This document shows, piece after piece, positions 47,340-59,663 of a DNA stretch of 64,000 bases (position 1 is the first letter of the stretch; each line of letters opens with the position of its first letter). Below the pieces are notes generated by a model. That model was not told the DNA's origin. It searched no databases and saw only the letters and a program-made list of their open reading frames with translations. Source of the stretch: Takakia lepidozioides. Its lineage: Eukaryota; Plantae; Bryophyta. The translations under genes and the position numbers were made by a program. Where the stretch lies: contig CM060731.1 of assembly GCA_030704615.1 (NCBI GenBank), forward strand, positions 91,822,001 through 91,886,000. Direction: 5' to 3'.

Positions 47340-50300
47340 TGTTCATATCAGGACTGTGTCCCTCCCTTCCCGATCCTTACTCTTGGCACCCCATCCGAAA
47401 ACAACCCAAGTACATCAGGCGAGAGCCGTGGGCGAGACGTCGCCCCCACGGTCCCGGACGATGATGACGATGACAGTGACAACAACAATGAGCATGGAAT
47501 TAACCAGGAAGATGTGCAAGCCATGGAGGATCTCTTAATGCACATGTGGGCGCTGATGCATCCCATGGAGAGGGAACCCGACCAATCGATGATCCTGAAA
47601 TGACCCCCTCAAATGACATGGAGAGGGAGGCGATAACTCCCTTGTACGAAGGGGCGAAAGTGAGTTGACTTTCAACAATCTTACTTTTGTTCAATCTTCG
47701 ATTTGGCATAAGTAATGTTGGGATGTCTGCCATAATGCGAACTATTGCGGACTATATCCTTGCTCCACACTTGAAACCCAAAATAATCACGGTCGCGGAA
47801 AGAGGCGCGCGAAGTCTTGGATTCTGTGGGGATGAGCTATAAGATTTTTCATGCATGTCCATGTGATAAAACCCTATACTACGGAGAGGATTCGCGTCTC
47901 ACCAAGTGCCCAAAGTGCAAGAAAGACCGATATCGGGATGATGTCCAAGGGAAAAAAGTACCACGCAAGGTATAAGCGCCATTCCCCCTCGCATGGAAAT
48001 TACTTTCTTTAATCTTCTCAATGCATGTAAAGTGTATTCCACAAAGTTTAGGATTTAGAGAGTAGTACTCATGCAAGATCTGATTATGTGGAAGGAGTGA
48101 GTGAGGAGTGGAAGGAGCGACGTTCGGTTTTGACCATTCACGCCCAAATGAGAGAGAGGCTGCATAAAGGGAAAGACATAAGGGTGTTGTATTATGTGTG
48201 CTAATGGGATGATTACATGTGGGGGACGTGGGGTATTTCATCCTAGAAAATGCATTACTTTCCGATCATCCCATGATTGAGGGCACAGTACCGAGGCCCC
48301 GAATTGGCCAGACTCATGAGATGGCACGCCTCGCATCGGAGCCCCCCGGGAAAGGTGTGCGGGCCACAAGATTCACAAGCATGGAGGCATATTGAAGAGA
48401 TATGGCCTTTTCTCTTAGAGGACCGACATGTCCACCTCGGCTTCTCCTCAGATGGGGTCAACCCATTCTCTGTCCAGTCATGTAAGACGTGTAATTCATT
48501 TTGTAGTATAATTTGCATATTGGTGGAGCATTGAAACAATGATGTGAATGTCTCAAAGGGAAAAACAAGTGACAAACATGGACACGTACTTGCGACCTCT
48601 TGGTGATGAACTTAAGGAGCTATGGAGGGGGGTCCCGCCATTGGATGCTTCACTTGACCCTATGGCCGGACAATCTTTTCAGATGAGAGACATCTTGCTT
48701 TGGACAATGCATGATTATCTAGGTATATTATGTTCCCCATGAACAACCCGCGTACATTCACTTGTCAATGCCGGATAATATCGATGAGGATTGGGATTGA
48801 TTGAAGTAGCGGCGACAGTCTTGTGCACCGTAGTGAGGTAGATGGCATTATGGGTCATGCACATGACAACTTTTTGTCTTTGCTAATGTGGCGGGATGTG
48901 TAGTACATGACTAACTGTTTGCTCGGGGCTAAGCACCAAAGGGTACCATGCATGCTTGCATTGTGGCGATGATCTTGATGCACATAGCTCCCGCCATCTT
49001 CACAAGATGGTGTATCCCAACTACCGCAAGTTTCTTCCTATGAGCCATCGATGGAGAAGAAGAGAGAAACACTTGTTTGATGGCAAAGAGGAAGTACGTC
49101 CCCCCCCCCCCCGGTGACACCATCCGGGCAGTTTTGGGAGGACTGATGGAAGGAGGCCCATGCGGGCACAGATGGTGAAGTGGATGTGCCCGACATGAAG
49201 CGACTTTCAATCTTCTACGAGTCGCCATACTGGGCGGTACATATTTCACAAAAATACCGTCAATACACCTATGCATGCATGCATGTGATATTGCACATTT
49301 GGTATGCGTTGCATTGTCACTTACACATCAAAAAATTTGTATAAGTATTTGTGGGTGGGGATATATGTAGGACCTAAAGATTTGCTATCTTCTAGATCCC
49401 ATGCATATTGAGAAGAATGTCTGTTCGTCTTTTTTTCGGGTTCTTTCATGGCACGCCGGCAAAGAAGGGAGTGGCTGCAAAAGGAGATTCTCTCGGTGTT
49501 AGAAATGAGCTTGAGGAGTAGGGTCGCATGCGCCATCTATGGGCCGAACAAAATGGTGTGGACCCAAAGGGTGTTGTACGGTGGAAGTATAGGCGCGCAC
49601 CTTGGCAATGGACAAAGGAGGAATACAAGAAAGTGATAGCCACCATAAGTGTTGTCCGAACACCAACTGGTTATGGGTTATCCCTCCGTACGAAGTTCAG
49701 CGAAGAAGACGAGGTCCATGGTTTGAAGTCTCATGACTACCACAATCTATTGCAAGACATCTTGCCCATTGTAGTTTGTGGGACATTGATCTCCGAGGTT
49801 GGTGAGACAATCTACAGATTGGGAGGCTTGTTCCGGTGGATTTGCTCCAAAGAGTTGGAGGAAGCGGATTTTCCACGCATCAAGAAGGAGGCGGCGGAGG
49901 TAATGTGTATGTTGGAGATGCACCTTCCTCTCTCCTTCTTTGACATCCAAGTGCACTTGGTAGTGCACTTAGTGGAAGAGGCTTCGATTGTCGGCCCCGT
50001 TCATTCTCGGTGGATATACTTCCTTGAGTGTTATATGAAGATTTTGAAAGGATTTGTAAGACAAATGGCGCACCCGGAGGGTAGCATGGCGGAGGGGTAT
50101 ACGTTGCAAGAAGCTACGTTCTATTGTACGGAGTACATGACAAGGGTGGATGAGGAAGCCCCTCGGATGTGGAAGGAAGAGGAGGATGCACGAACCAATG
50201 ACATCGTTTTGCCCAAAAAATCGAAGAGGGTAAAATTGTCGGCCTTGGTGATTGAGCAAGCGCATGACTTCATACTGAAGAACACCCCATCCATACATGA

Positions 50301-50940
50301 GTGAGAGACAAGATACAATAACCTTGTTTAGCAACGAGAGGAGGAGACGCTTGCATGGAGGCGGAACCATCCAAGGCTGGAAACTAGACGCCCACGACGA
50401 GGAGCGGGCCGCCGGAATGTTCCTTCACAAAATTTACCTATGGAATTGCAGCCTCTAAGTTCATTCCAACAGTGGCTTCGGACTTCAGTTTATGATGTCG
50501 TTGCTCAAGGAGAGGTGGTTTTAGATTTGGTGCAAGACATTGCAAGGGGCCCCTCTCAATTCGCGACCTCATACACGGCGGTTTGGGTTCACGGTCGTCA
50601 TTTCCATATTCGCGCTCTTGACATGAGGCGCAAAATGGCAACTAATGACACAATAAACTTTAAGTATGTATAATCTCTGCCACAATACTATACGCATAAG
50701 GTATTGGCAAGACTCCGTGTGGGGCAAGGGAGATACACGACCTACTATGAGCAACATTGGAGAGCTTGAGAGCATACTCCAACTTTAGCATACAAGGTAC
50801 CGGCCTCTTCTCTTCAAGGGAAGGTGGTTGCAGCGACATCTTGTGGGGCCCTCCGCAACACTAGTGCAAGATGATTGTGGTTTCATGTGCGTCAATGTAG
50901 ATAGGCTCAACCCTACTCATCGTCCCTCCGATCTGTTTGC
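47340..50940 (+). pseudogene. CACTA Tnp2/TnpD transposase pseudogene
   Basis: PLYEGAKVS, HACPCD..CPKCKKDRY..KVPRK, HLGFSSDGVNPFS, MDTYLRPL..LLWTMHDY, GLKSHDYH, FFDIQVHLVVHLVEE..GPVHSRW..HPEGSMAEGY. Many stops and frameshifts. 5' limit approximate. Confidence 0.92.
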
Positions 50941-51059
50941 GACGGCCTGGGGTCGCAAAAAGGCGCCGCGGGATTGGCGTCGCACGTTCGGCGCCGCGCG
51001 GGGCGTGGGGGCGCGGTTGGCGTCGCAAACCCCCCCCCCCCCCCCCATTTGTTGTAGTG

Positions 51060-51245
51060 AACCTTAAGGATTGGCAAACCATTCAAAGTGCCAAATCCTT
51101 CAGGCGAAGATTTAATTCTTCTAGAGTAAACCTTAAGGATTGGCAAACCATTTCAGAGTGCCAAATCCTTCAGGTGAAGATTTAATTCTTCTAGAGTAAA
51201 CCTTAAGGATTGGCAATCCATTTAGAGTGCCAAATCCTTTAGGTT
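51060..51245. repeat. ~71-bp tandem repeat, about 2.7 copies
   Basis: aaccttaaggattggcaaaccatt..gtgccaaatcctt at 51060, 51130 and 51200. Confidence 0.9.
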
Positions 51246-51729
51246 CCTGACGCTCAGCCTCAGCACACATAGGGCCAACTAACCTGTCTGGCTGCTTGGT
51301 ATCAATCTCTTCCATGGCTTCAAACCGGTTAGAAACTTTCAAGTTGAAGTCCCCACACTTGACTGTCTTCCTAGAGCGCCTCATTGAATCACCACTGTCT
51401 AAGACCACCCTCCAACCAGTAAAGGGGCGAATTTCTTTGAAGCTGATTTGATGTGGGATTCTATTTGTAGCAGATTTAGGCAATGAAACCTTCAAAGTAC
51501 CTTTGTTATCCAATCTTGAGATGGTGCCACTAGCCACATAATCCAAGCCTAAGCTGGAGCAGGTAGTTTTAAAAGACACATCGTCCATCCTGGGATTCAC
51601 CCCAAAAACTACACATGAAGCTCTAGATTTGGCATAAGTAACCATTTCCGAGGAATCACCCTGAGTAGTGTTATTATTGGAGTGGCCAAATATTTTTTCT
51701 GTATTTGCAGGCTGTAAGTTTAAGCACAA
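51245..51729 (-). pseudogene. Possible LINE ORF1-like fragment
   Basis: 198-aa ORF with VSNRFEAM motif. Adjacent to LINE-like remnant. Confidence 0.3.
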
Positions 51730-52076
51730 GGACCAACCCTAGCCCAAGTGCCAAGCATGCTAGACAGAGCATGCAACTGCCCATTTTGGGCGGAGGGGCT
51801 GCCCCCAAGCGGTAGGGGTCCGCTTGTTACCATTCAGAGATCATCACTCCAAAAGAGCTGCAGGGAATGGCCCGCGTAGACATGTTCTAAAGAGGGAGAG
51901 GCCCCAGACTCTCCAACTAAATCCAATGTACTACCTTACCCAAAGCAGAGTGCTTCAGGTCAAAACAAACCAAGACACAAGGTCGCAAGGCCGACATTTA
52001 GTCACAAAGACATTTATCTACTCCCATTTCAAGTCCACCCAATGTCGATAGGCTTCCTAGAGGGCAGGGAGCGATA

Positions 52077-52078
<2 letters not shown>

Positions 52079-52128
<50 letters not shown>
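52079..52128. repeat. (GA)25 microsatellite
   Basis: Direct observation. Confidence 0.97.
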
Positions 52129-52129
<1 letters not shown>

Positions 52130-52259
52130 GTGCTCATAAGAATTTGCTTACCATAGCCTTGTGTCCACAGGCCATGCGCCCAGTTTGAGTGGAACAAAAG
52201 GGACAAAAAACTACCTCGAGAGGGGCTCTCTCTAATAGTATTGACTTACCTTGATACAA

Positions 52260-52950
52260 GAAATTAGTTGGGCTTTCCAGATATCATCAAGGAAGGCCTT
52301 CACACAAGCATCAACCTGCTGAATGTGAGCAGCCCAAAAGTTAGATCCCAACAAGGTTGGGGCTTAGGCTCAGCCTCAAGATTTTGAAAGTTGGTGAACA
52401 AAGGTGCCGAGACTATGTTCTTGATTGCATTCTTGAAGAGGGTCACTCTCTGGTTAGCTAGTATATCATGGACGATGTATCAGAAATGGATATTGCCTTT
52501 AGTTGCCTGCACATCAGGTAATTAGAATCTTTTCTTCCTCTCTGCATCTGTTTATTATTCAAAGATAGGTTTCCCACCCCGAGTTTAAATTACAGTCTAG
52601 TGACAAGGGTAGGTAGGCCAAAGAGATTGTCCTTAAGGTATCAGGTGCCCATGTCACAGATTGAAAACAGGTTCAGGGAGGTTTTATGCCTAATTTCATT
52701 TCCATTAGACAGTGTGAGGGCATCCGATGAGGCTTTGGACACAACCCCCTCCCAGTCAGCTTCATCTAGTAGGGTCAATTTGATATTCAAATTCTTGAAA
52801 ATCTCATCTACCTTTTCCCGGGGACTCAGCCTGTTTAACATACGGTCTCCCTTCCAAGAAAGAAATATATTCAATTATCTTAGGGTATTTGGTATTAGGC
52901 ATGCGATTGAACTGACCCCACCATCTAACCTTGAATTCATCACGTCGACA
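52260..52950 (-). mobile_element. Degenerate repeat homologous to 27270-28020 (probable LINE 3' fragment)
   Basis: Shared translated motifs DEFKVRWWGQ, KTSLNLFS.CDMG and cttgaggctgagcc. Confidence 0.5.
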
Positions 52951-54349
52951 GCTTGATGAAGGTATGCCAAACTCACCCGAGAAGGAGAGAGAGAGAGAGA
53001 GACACCGGGGTTGGGATTTCGTGCAGGTGCAGCCTGGAAATTCTGGACTGGTTTGTTTTTCGAGAACGGCTAGAAGCGGCAGCCACAGTCGCCACCCTCC
53101 CAAGTACCTTGCAAACCCCAAGGAAAGACCTTGGGTATCCTTGCTACGGTCTACCAGGACGGTGGACCTCTCTAGAATTTTGTGTTGTAACCTAAATTAA
53201 TCGCCATAGCCATCACATGCAAAGGACTCTATGTAGTGCGCATTGTTAAGGGGAATCGCAGCTTTCAGCTCTGCAGCCCAACCCTAATCTGTTGCATGAT
53301 GTGCGGTCTCTCAAGGGCCTTCCGTATGGAACGCGCGCGCAGGAGACTGCGAAAAAGGCATAAAGACATGTTTTGGTCCCACCACTTGCATCCCCAACGC
53401 ATGAAACGACTGCCACGATCGCCAGTAGGCTCTTCTATACACGGGAAGCCGATCATCCGAGAAGATAGCAGCCCTCTTCACAGCCCACCACACTTCCCAA
53501 CACATGTCAAAATTGAACTAATAGAAATAATTTCACTCAGTCACTCCTCACAATCGTCTAAGTGACTAATTGTGACCCTTGTCCACAAGTGTCGCGGCCC
53601 TTTGCCTTGAGGGCGGGGGGGGGGTCGGGACACATGAGGGGCTGCTCCTGTGGTGGGGGCAGCGGCAACGATAGGTATGGGGGGCTGAAGCACCCTTGAG
53701 TGTCCAAGGCACTCAAGGAGGCGGAGGCGCTCACTAGGTGGAGCCCTGCACACCGGGTTGCGGTGGGGGTGGCTCCACAAGGGGTGGTGGTAGCTTAGCG
53801 GGTCTTAGTGGGGGTGGCATAGGACTCACCATAGGGTGGAGACCTCGTGGTGGGAGTCGTGGGGAGTCTTGGGACTCATCACGGCCCAATGGGGTCGTGG
53901 TGAGAGGGCCAAGACTCACCGCGACTCACCACCGGGAGTCGAGGGTCTTCGTGGTGGTTCGCCATAAAATGGCATGGCTGGTTGTGAAACCCCCGCGGAC
54001 AGCTACAGAAGTATATATAGGGAGTAGTAACCCCGAGAACGGTGCAAGCCCGTTGGTGTCCAAAAACTAGTGAGTAAGCAAGCGAGCCGGAAAGCGACCA
54101 AAGAGTGGGGAGCTGTTCCGGACTGCCATCTACCAAAGGGAATTCCACTAGGCCCAAATAGGTGGAGGGTCTTTCGGGAGAGCGAAGGGGGACCGTTATG
54201 TCCCGGTGAGCAGCCGAAGCTCCGAGTTGGCCCGGCGGCCAGGTTGGGAGTCAGGCGCGCGCATCAAAGTGAGTAACTATGACTTGAAGGGGAGCTTACC
54301 GAAGTGAGGTGCGCGACAACAAGTGTACAATTCTGGGTTGAATATTTAA

Positions 54350-54377
54350 TATAATAATAATAATAATAATAATAATA
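54350..54377. repeat. (TAA)n microsatellite
   Basis: Direct observation; could be a retroposon tail. Confidence 0.85.
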
Positions 54378-55870
54378 TTTAGAGAATTGTTGTGACTGAA
54401 AAATTAGCCCGCTCCATTTCAGGCACGTGTCCGATGGCCGGTATCAGTGCACACTTTAAACCCCGCCAAATACTGCATCCTGTTCCTTTTACACATCTGT
54501 GCGAAATTCCATGGAGGGTATACACAGCCAATGACGCTCATGGCCACACACGTAAAGGCCCGGGTTGTGGTGAACATGTGGGACACCCCACACTTAGGTC
54601 ATATTTTGACTCACACCTTGCCTCAATCCACATAGCCGCGAGAAAAGCCGTGGAATGTGACAGGTGTGAGACCCCCATACCGTGGAAAAAATCGATTTCT
54701 GTTGTAGTGAAAGTGAGAAAGAAGGAACCAGATGGGGCCCACCTAGGATGCTGGGGAATTTTGCCATCTCACCCATGAATATCCATGAATATCCGTGTAG
54801 TCAGTGGGCCCAATCTGCCATTTGGTATAGCCATGTGAAGTTCACTAGTTGACTTTCTAATAGTTCTACTACTGTTGGTGGGGGTGAGAAGCAACTCACT
54901 AGTGGTTGTGGTTGTGGATGCTGCAGGAGTATACGGGAGCAGTGGCAGGGTCCACAGAAGGTTGGGGCTTGGTGAGGGGCTTGATGAGGTACGGGTGGAA
55001 AGTGGGGCCATGTGGGATTGCCCCTTGGGGCTCGTCTTCAAGGTGGAGCGCTTGGGGCTGGCGAAGTAGGGCTGGGGGCACTGGGATCGTCGTGCTTCTC
55101 AACGAGACTCATTTTCATACAGGTTCAACACACAAAAATTTCTACGTACAATCCGAAACCCGCAGTTTAGATATGTGATTCACTTTTCAACTGCAATTTT
55201 ACAATCATTGTAGTTTGTTGTATGGTAGTTTAGATATCTGCTTCACTGCTCTGCATTACTTTTGCAAATACTGTACTATATTGTAACTTTTTGTAACTTT
55301 CTAAACTGTTTATATTTGTTCGCAGGACCATCCACTATTTAATAGAAATGTCATTCACACTGCAGCTACTGATACTCTTGAAAACACATCAAGTCTCCAT
55401 TACAAATCCCCTGATCATTCGCAATGCCGCCGGCTATTACTAAATTGTTGCATTCGGTGGATTCTTTGGTTCGTAGGAAAAGAGAAAATGATGATAAAGA
55501 ATGATTCTTTGGGGATCAGTCATCATATCTGGGATTTACCGATACACAGGCAGAATTGGCCAACAAGTACTCACATTCATTGTATTTCATTTTCAAGTAA
55601 GAGAGATACCTTCATGATCATTTTCACGTTAGTATTGCTCATGCTTGCCGATTCCAAAACCTAATCGGACATGGGGTCGTATTATAGCTTCCACCCATTC
55701 AGAGGGTTTGGCCCTTCACTTGTCAAGAGATTTTGTCATATTGCACCATGTGGCAAGTCTTCTTTGGCTATCATAGCCGCGACATCTGGGGCTACAAACC
55801 CCATGAATACTCCCCCATTCCGATTACGTTCAATAACCGATCATGTTAGCTGGTCCTTTTAAGGGTTAAT

Positions 55871-56936
55871 GTACTACAGAAGAGGCCGGTAGGGCCGATT
55901 CTGCCTTGTAAGCGGCACTAGGCGAGGCCGGTAGGCGGCCGAGCCCTGTGGCCGTGCACAAGGCAAAGTCTAGGCCCTACCCGGCCGTTCACTTGCGTAA
56001 AAAGCATGTTGTGGAGTATTCTCGCCGCTACATGGCGCAATCTGATTGGGGTTGTGCAGAGTCGAATTCATGCCAGATAGAGCCTGTATTCAGTGTTGAA
56101 TCCCAACCCTTAAAACACACATTTCTGTCCTCCAGCAAATGGCATACTTTAGCAACTTTGGGATTTGCTTCACTCAATTCTCTCTGCATAGGAATGTACT
56201 GATTGGATATTAAACACAGTCTTCGAGGATATAAACTGGGGTGAGCTTCAAGGTTATGGTGGGTGGGGGGATTACTAATAACATGTACTTGGGTAGTTGA
56301 ATACGCAGTTGTCAGGGTTGTCGTCCAGCACACAGGAGATTAGAAATTAGAAAGTGTGCTTGAAGACATGGGAAACAGATATCATGTAATGTACATAGAC
56401 TATATATTCTCTTTGAATAACTGCTCCACCGGAGTTTCTATTGATAAAAATACAACACTGATTTCTCAATTCTACCATAATGTAATAGCTGAATGATCTT
56501 GCAGGTGCTCAACGTACTAGAGAACGGGCCGTGTTTGGCCGATTCTGTAAGCGGCCTTTGGGCGAGCGTCAGGGCAAGCCCTATGGCCGCGCACAGGGCA
56601 TAGTCGGCCCAACGCGGCCCGTTCACTGGCGTTAAAAGCAGGTTGTGGCGTATTCTCGCCGCCACCTGGTGCAATATGATTGGGGTTCAATTATCCCATA
56701 TCGATTGCCCAGATTGAGAGCCCCGGAGAGGATATAAACGGGGCGAGCTTCCTAGTAAGGCAGGTGGATCGAAAGCTAGTCTAGTGATCGATGGCATAGA
56801 TAATTGCTCTGCCGTCCTCCGAGCATAATCGGCCAATCCCTGCCGATTCTACGTAGTAGACTCTGGGTGGACGAATCGGCCTGAGAATTAGTCTCAAAAG
56901 TGGCAGAATAATACGCCACACCTGCTTTTAACGCAT
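55871..56936. repeat. Two diverged direct copies of a ~190-bp GC-rich repeat (55871-56060, 56514-56690) plus a short inverted copy (~56900-56936)
   Basis: gtacta.agaa..ggccg..ggccgattctg...gccgttcact.gcgt.aaaagca.gttgtgg.gtattctcgccgc occurs twice. aatacgccacacctgcttttaacgc is the inverted copy. Confidence 0.7.
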
Positions 56937-59663
56937 AAATATTCTGTGATCCGAAAGTTGGTGATCATTATAATGTTCATAGTTATAGCAGATTTACAAA
57001 GTGTTCTCCTTTAGCATGATGTGAGAAACGGAACATTGTTCTAGGTTCTAACCGTTACTGTTTTGAACAAAGAGGATGGGACTCGCTGAATGCTGATTGA
57101 AAGATGTCAAGATTTTATTCCTTGAAGATGGGACTTGTCGGTTGTGAAATGAGGCTGCTTACAAAGAACCAGACCTGTAGAGCATTCTGAAGCATCATTG
57201 GTGATCAAGGTGATGGGCCATGTTGAAGGTGCTGGTGTGCACCTGTGAAGGGCCCTTCAATGAACTGTTTAGCGTCAACAGTGAATCAGTGACATGAACT
57301 TCCACACAACATAATCATGGCTGTTACCATGCAACAATTACCTCCCAAAGTTAATTACTATACCAAGTTGAAAAGAAACAACATAAGGCAACCCGGAAAA
57401 CATCCATCAAATACTACTGGCACACCACAAAACCATCAATGCTATCTTGGCAGCTTCTGATGGAAAAACCAATCTTGATTTGTGAGTCATATTGGTAGGC
57501 TGGTTGGAAAGCCTATGCACGCACAGAAACCAGTCTTTTCTAATGTCCCCCCAAATGTATCGGTACGTCCATGCAGGTAGAGATCAAAATTTCCTTCGAT
57601 GACGTTGGAGGGTCTTGCCAGGGGAATGAGAATAACATTTTGCATCTGGCTGGTTACGGCCACCACTCGCACAATGCCAACTTAGCTGTCAGCCAGGCCT
57701 TTCTGCACCACTGATCTACTGGTTGCTTTGCAATTGCTGGTCCCGCCTTGTGCCCATCCATCCACCCTACATGCTGCTTCATAATTGACAAGCAATCTGC
57801 CATTGCTGTTATTTTCTTTGCTTCTTTTCAAAGGGAGAGTGAAGCGATGAAGCACATTCTACACACTAAGCACATTCTGATCGTTAGATTTGCAGTTTTT
57901 AATAATGTTAGACCCTTTGGGTCTGATGAAAGAACTTTTCAGCGTGTTTAATAACCAGCATGGAAATGTAGCATAAGTGCTCGTCTGATTTCATGCTGCA
58001 ATGCCAAATCATGCAATGCCCAAGACAAACTGAGGGATGGAAAACAGGTTCTCTGCTGCTTGCATTTATGTTGGATTGCCATCAGTGCTCTTGCTTTAGC
58101 GGTTTACAAATTCTTCAAAGAGGTGGACCACAGTAGATCGAATCAAAGTGATTACTCATCTGCCGGACGAGACACAATTGGATACTTGCAGAAACATAAC
58201 ACTTTCCCAAGTGTCACTCAAGTTTTTGCCTTTGTTTTAATTTTAGGGACAATTCTAAGGTAGAACTTTACTAGTAAGGTCTATTGAGTCAATGCGATGA
58301 GCTCATGTCAGAGTTTTTATACTCTTGGATCTCGCCCCCTTTACACTATACCGCCTCTCGTTGGAAAGGTGGAACTGAAGGTTATATATATGAAGTAGAA
58401 ATCATCTCTGATTCTAATTTATTATATTCCAACGGTGCTCCTAAAGGCTATTAGCACAATTAGGTTCCCGTTTTCTGTACCTTCATTAGATTGGTTCGAT
58501 CGCAAGCAAAGAAATTTCATCTTATGAGAGATCCAGATGACACCTGAGGCATCTTTAACACATTTAATAATCGATTAAGAATATGAGATATATTTCTTTT
58601 TTATTTAAGTCAGACTACATTAGTTATTTCAGAAAATTTTAGAACCTGAAGGTAGAAAATGTAAAACGAAATGTAGGGTTTGGATTAAGGACCTCCTAAC
58701 AGATGAAGCTGTACTAGGCATGAAAGAATCAGCTGGTCTCAGCATATTCAAGCGTCTGGAGACACGTTCGTAAAGGAGTACTTTGCAAGGAATTACTGCC
58801 TGCGTTTCCACAGAAAACGACGCATTCGCTCTGTATTACGATATCAACCGGTCTATGACTATCTAGAGCTAATGCATGCCAGCAACTTAGCGAAATTCCG
58901 ACCTAGGAAAGATTTTAAATTAATGGTTGAGTCAGATTTGAAGAGATTCTAAAGACCTATAAAGCTCCATTTAACGAATCCTGAGTTCTGTAGACGTGAT
59001 ATTGAAACATAAGAATTTCTACAGTAGTACGTTAATAATCCGGTTTCTCATATGCTTTGTATATTATTCCTCTTATCTTAAACTTCCCTCACCGACTTAC
59101 ACAGAGGTAGTTACTCTATCACCAGGATGACTTCGCCGCACGCTCATCTGCAGAATGTAGGAAACAATTTGAATTAGCATTTCAGCTGGACCCCAAAGAT
59201 ATGTACAGGGGAAGGGGATCAGAGCTTAACGTTTGAGTACAGATTTATATATCATGTCATAGTGACCAATAAGGTATTCGCTAGCTGCCTCCGGCATAAC
59301 TAATACAGAATTAGGAAGTTGACGTTGACTACTTCAACAGATCCACCAACCTTGCATCCACAGTCCACAATGGTAGGTCTGGGTAACATTTGCCTGAGAG
59401 TATCCGAAGATTCCGGAAGCTGAAAGACTGTCATTTCTGAGGAGCACCACATTGATATATTGACCTTAAAAACTTGAAGATTACAAGGTCCAGATGTGAT
59501 CCATTTGAGGGGTCACGGACAAGCTGGCACAGCAATCAAGAACTCTCTCGAGCGATACATCCACATACTTTTGAAAATTTGATCCTTACATCCTGAGCGA
59601 GTTTCAGGTTTGAATGAAAGAGAATAGAGTGCTGTAGGATTGACTAAGGGCACGTCACCTGAA

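Larger units (their letters stand above)
28595..51059 (+). mobile_element. CACTA (En/Spm) element hosting nested insertions
   Basis: Right end ccatttgttgtagtg (= CACTACAACAAATGG) at 51059 with GCGACG-rich subterminal repeats. Matching inverted subterminal motif gcgcggcgcctacgtgcgacgcc at ~28613 behind a degenerate cacttaggaaaaaaatggg. Tnp2 at 47340-50940. Left boundary uncertain (flanks aag vs aac). Confidence 0.65.

Noticed and set aside
53200-59600. Short ORFs between the TE block and the BELL gene
   Set aside because: No recognisable motifs or consistent splice structure. No tRNA or rRNA genes were recognised anywhere in the window.
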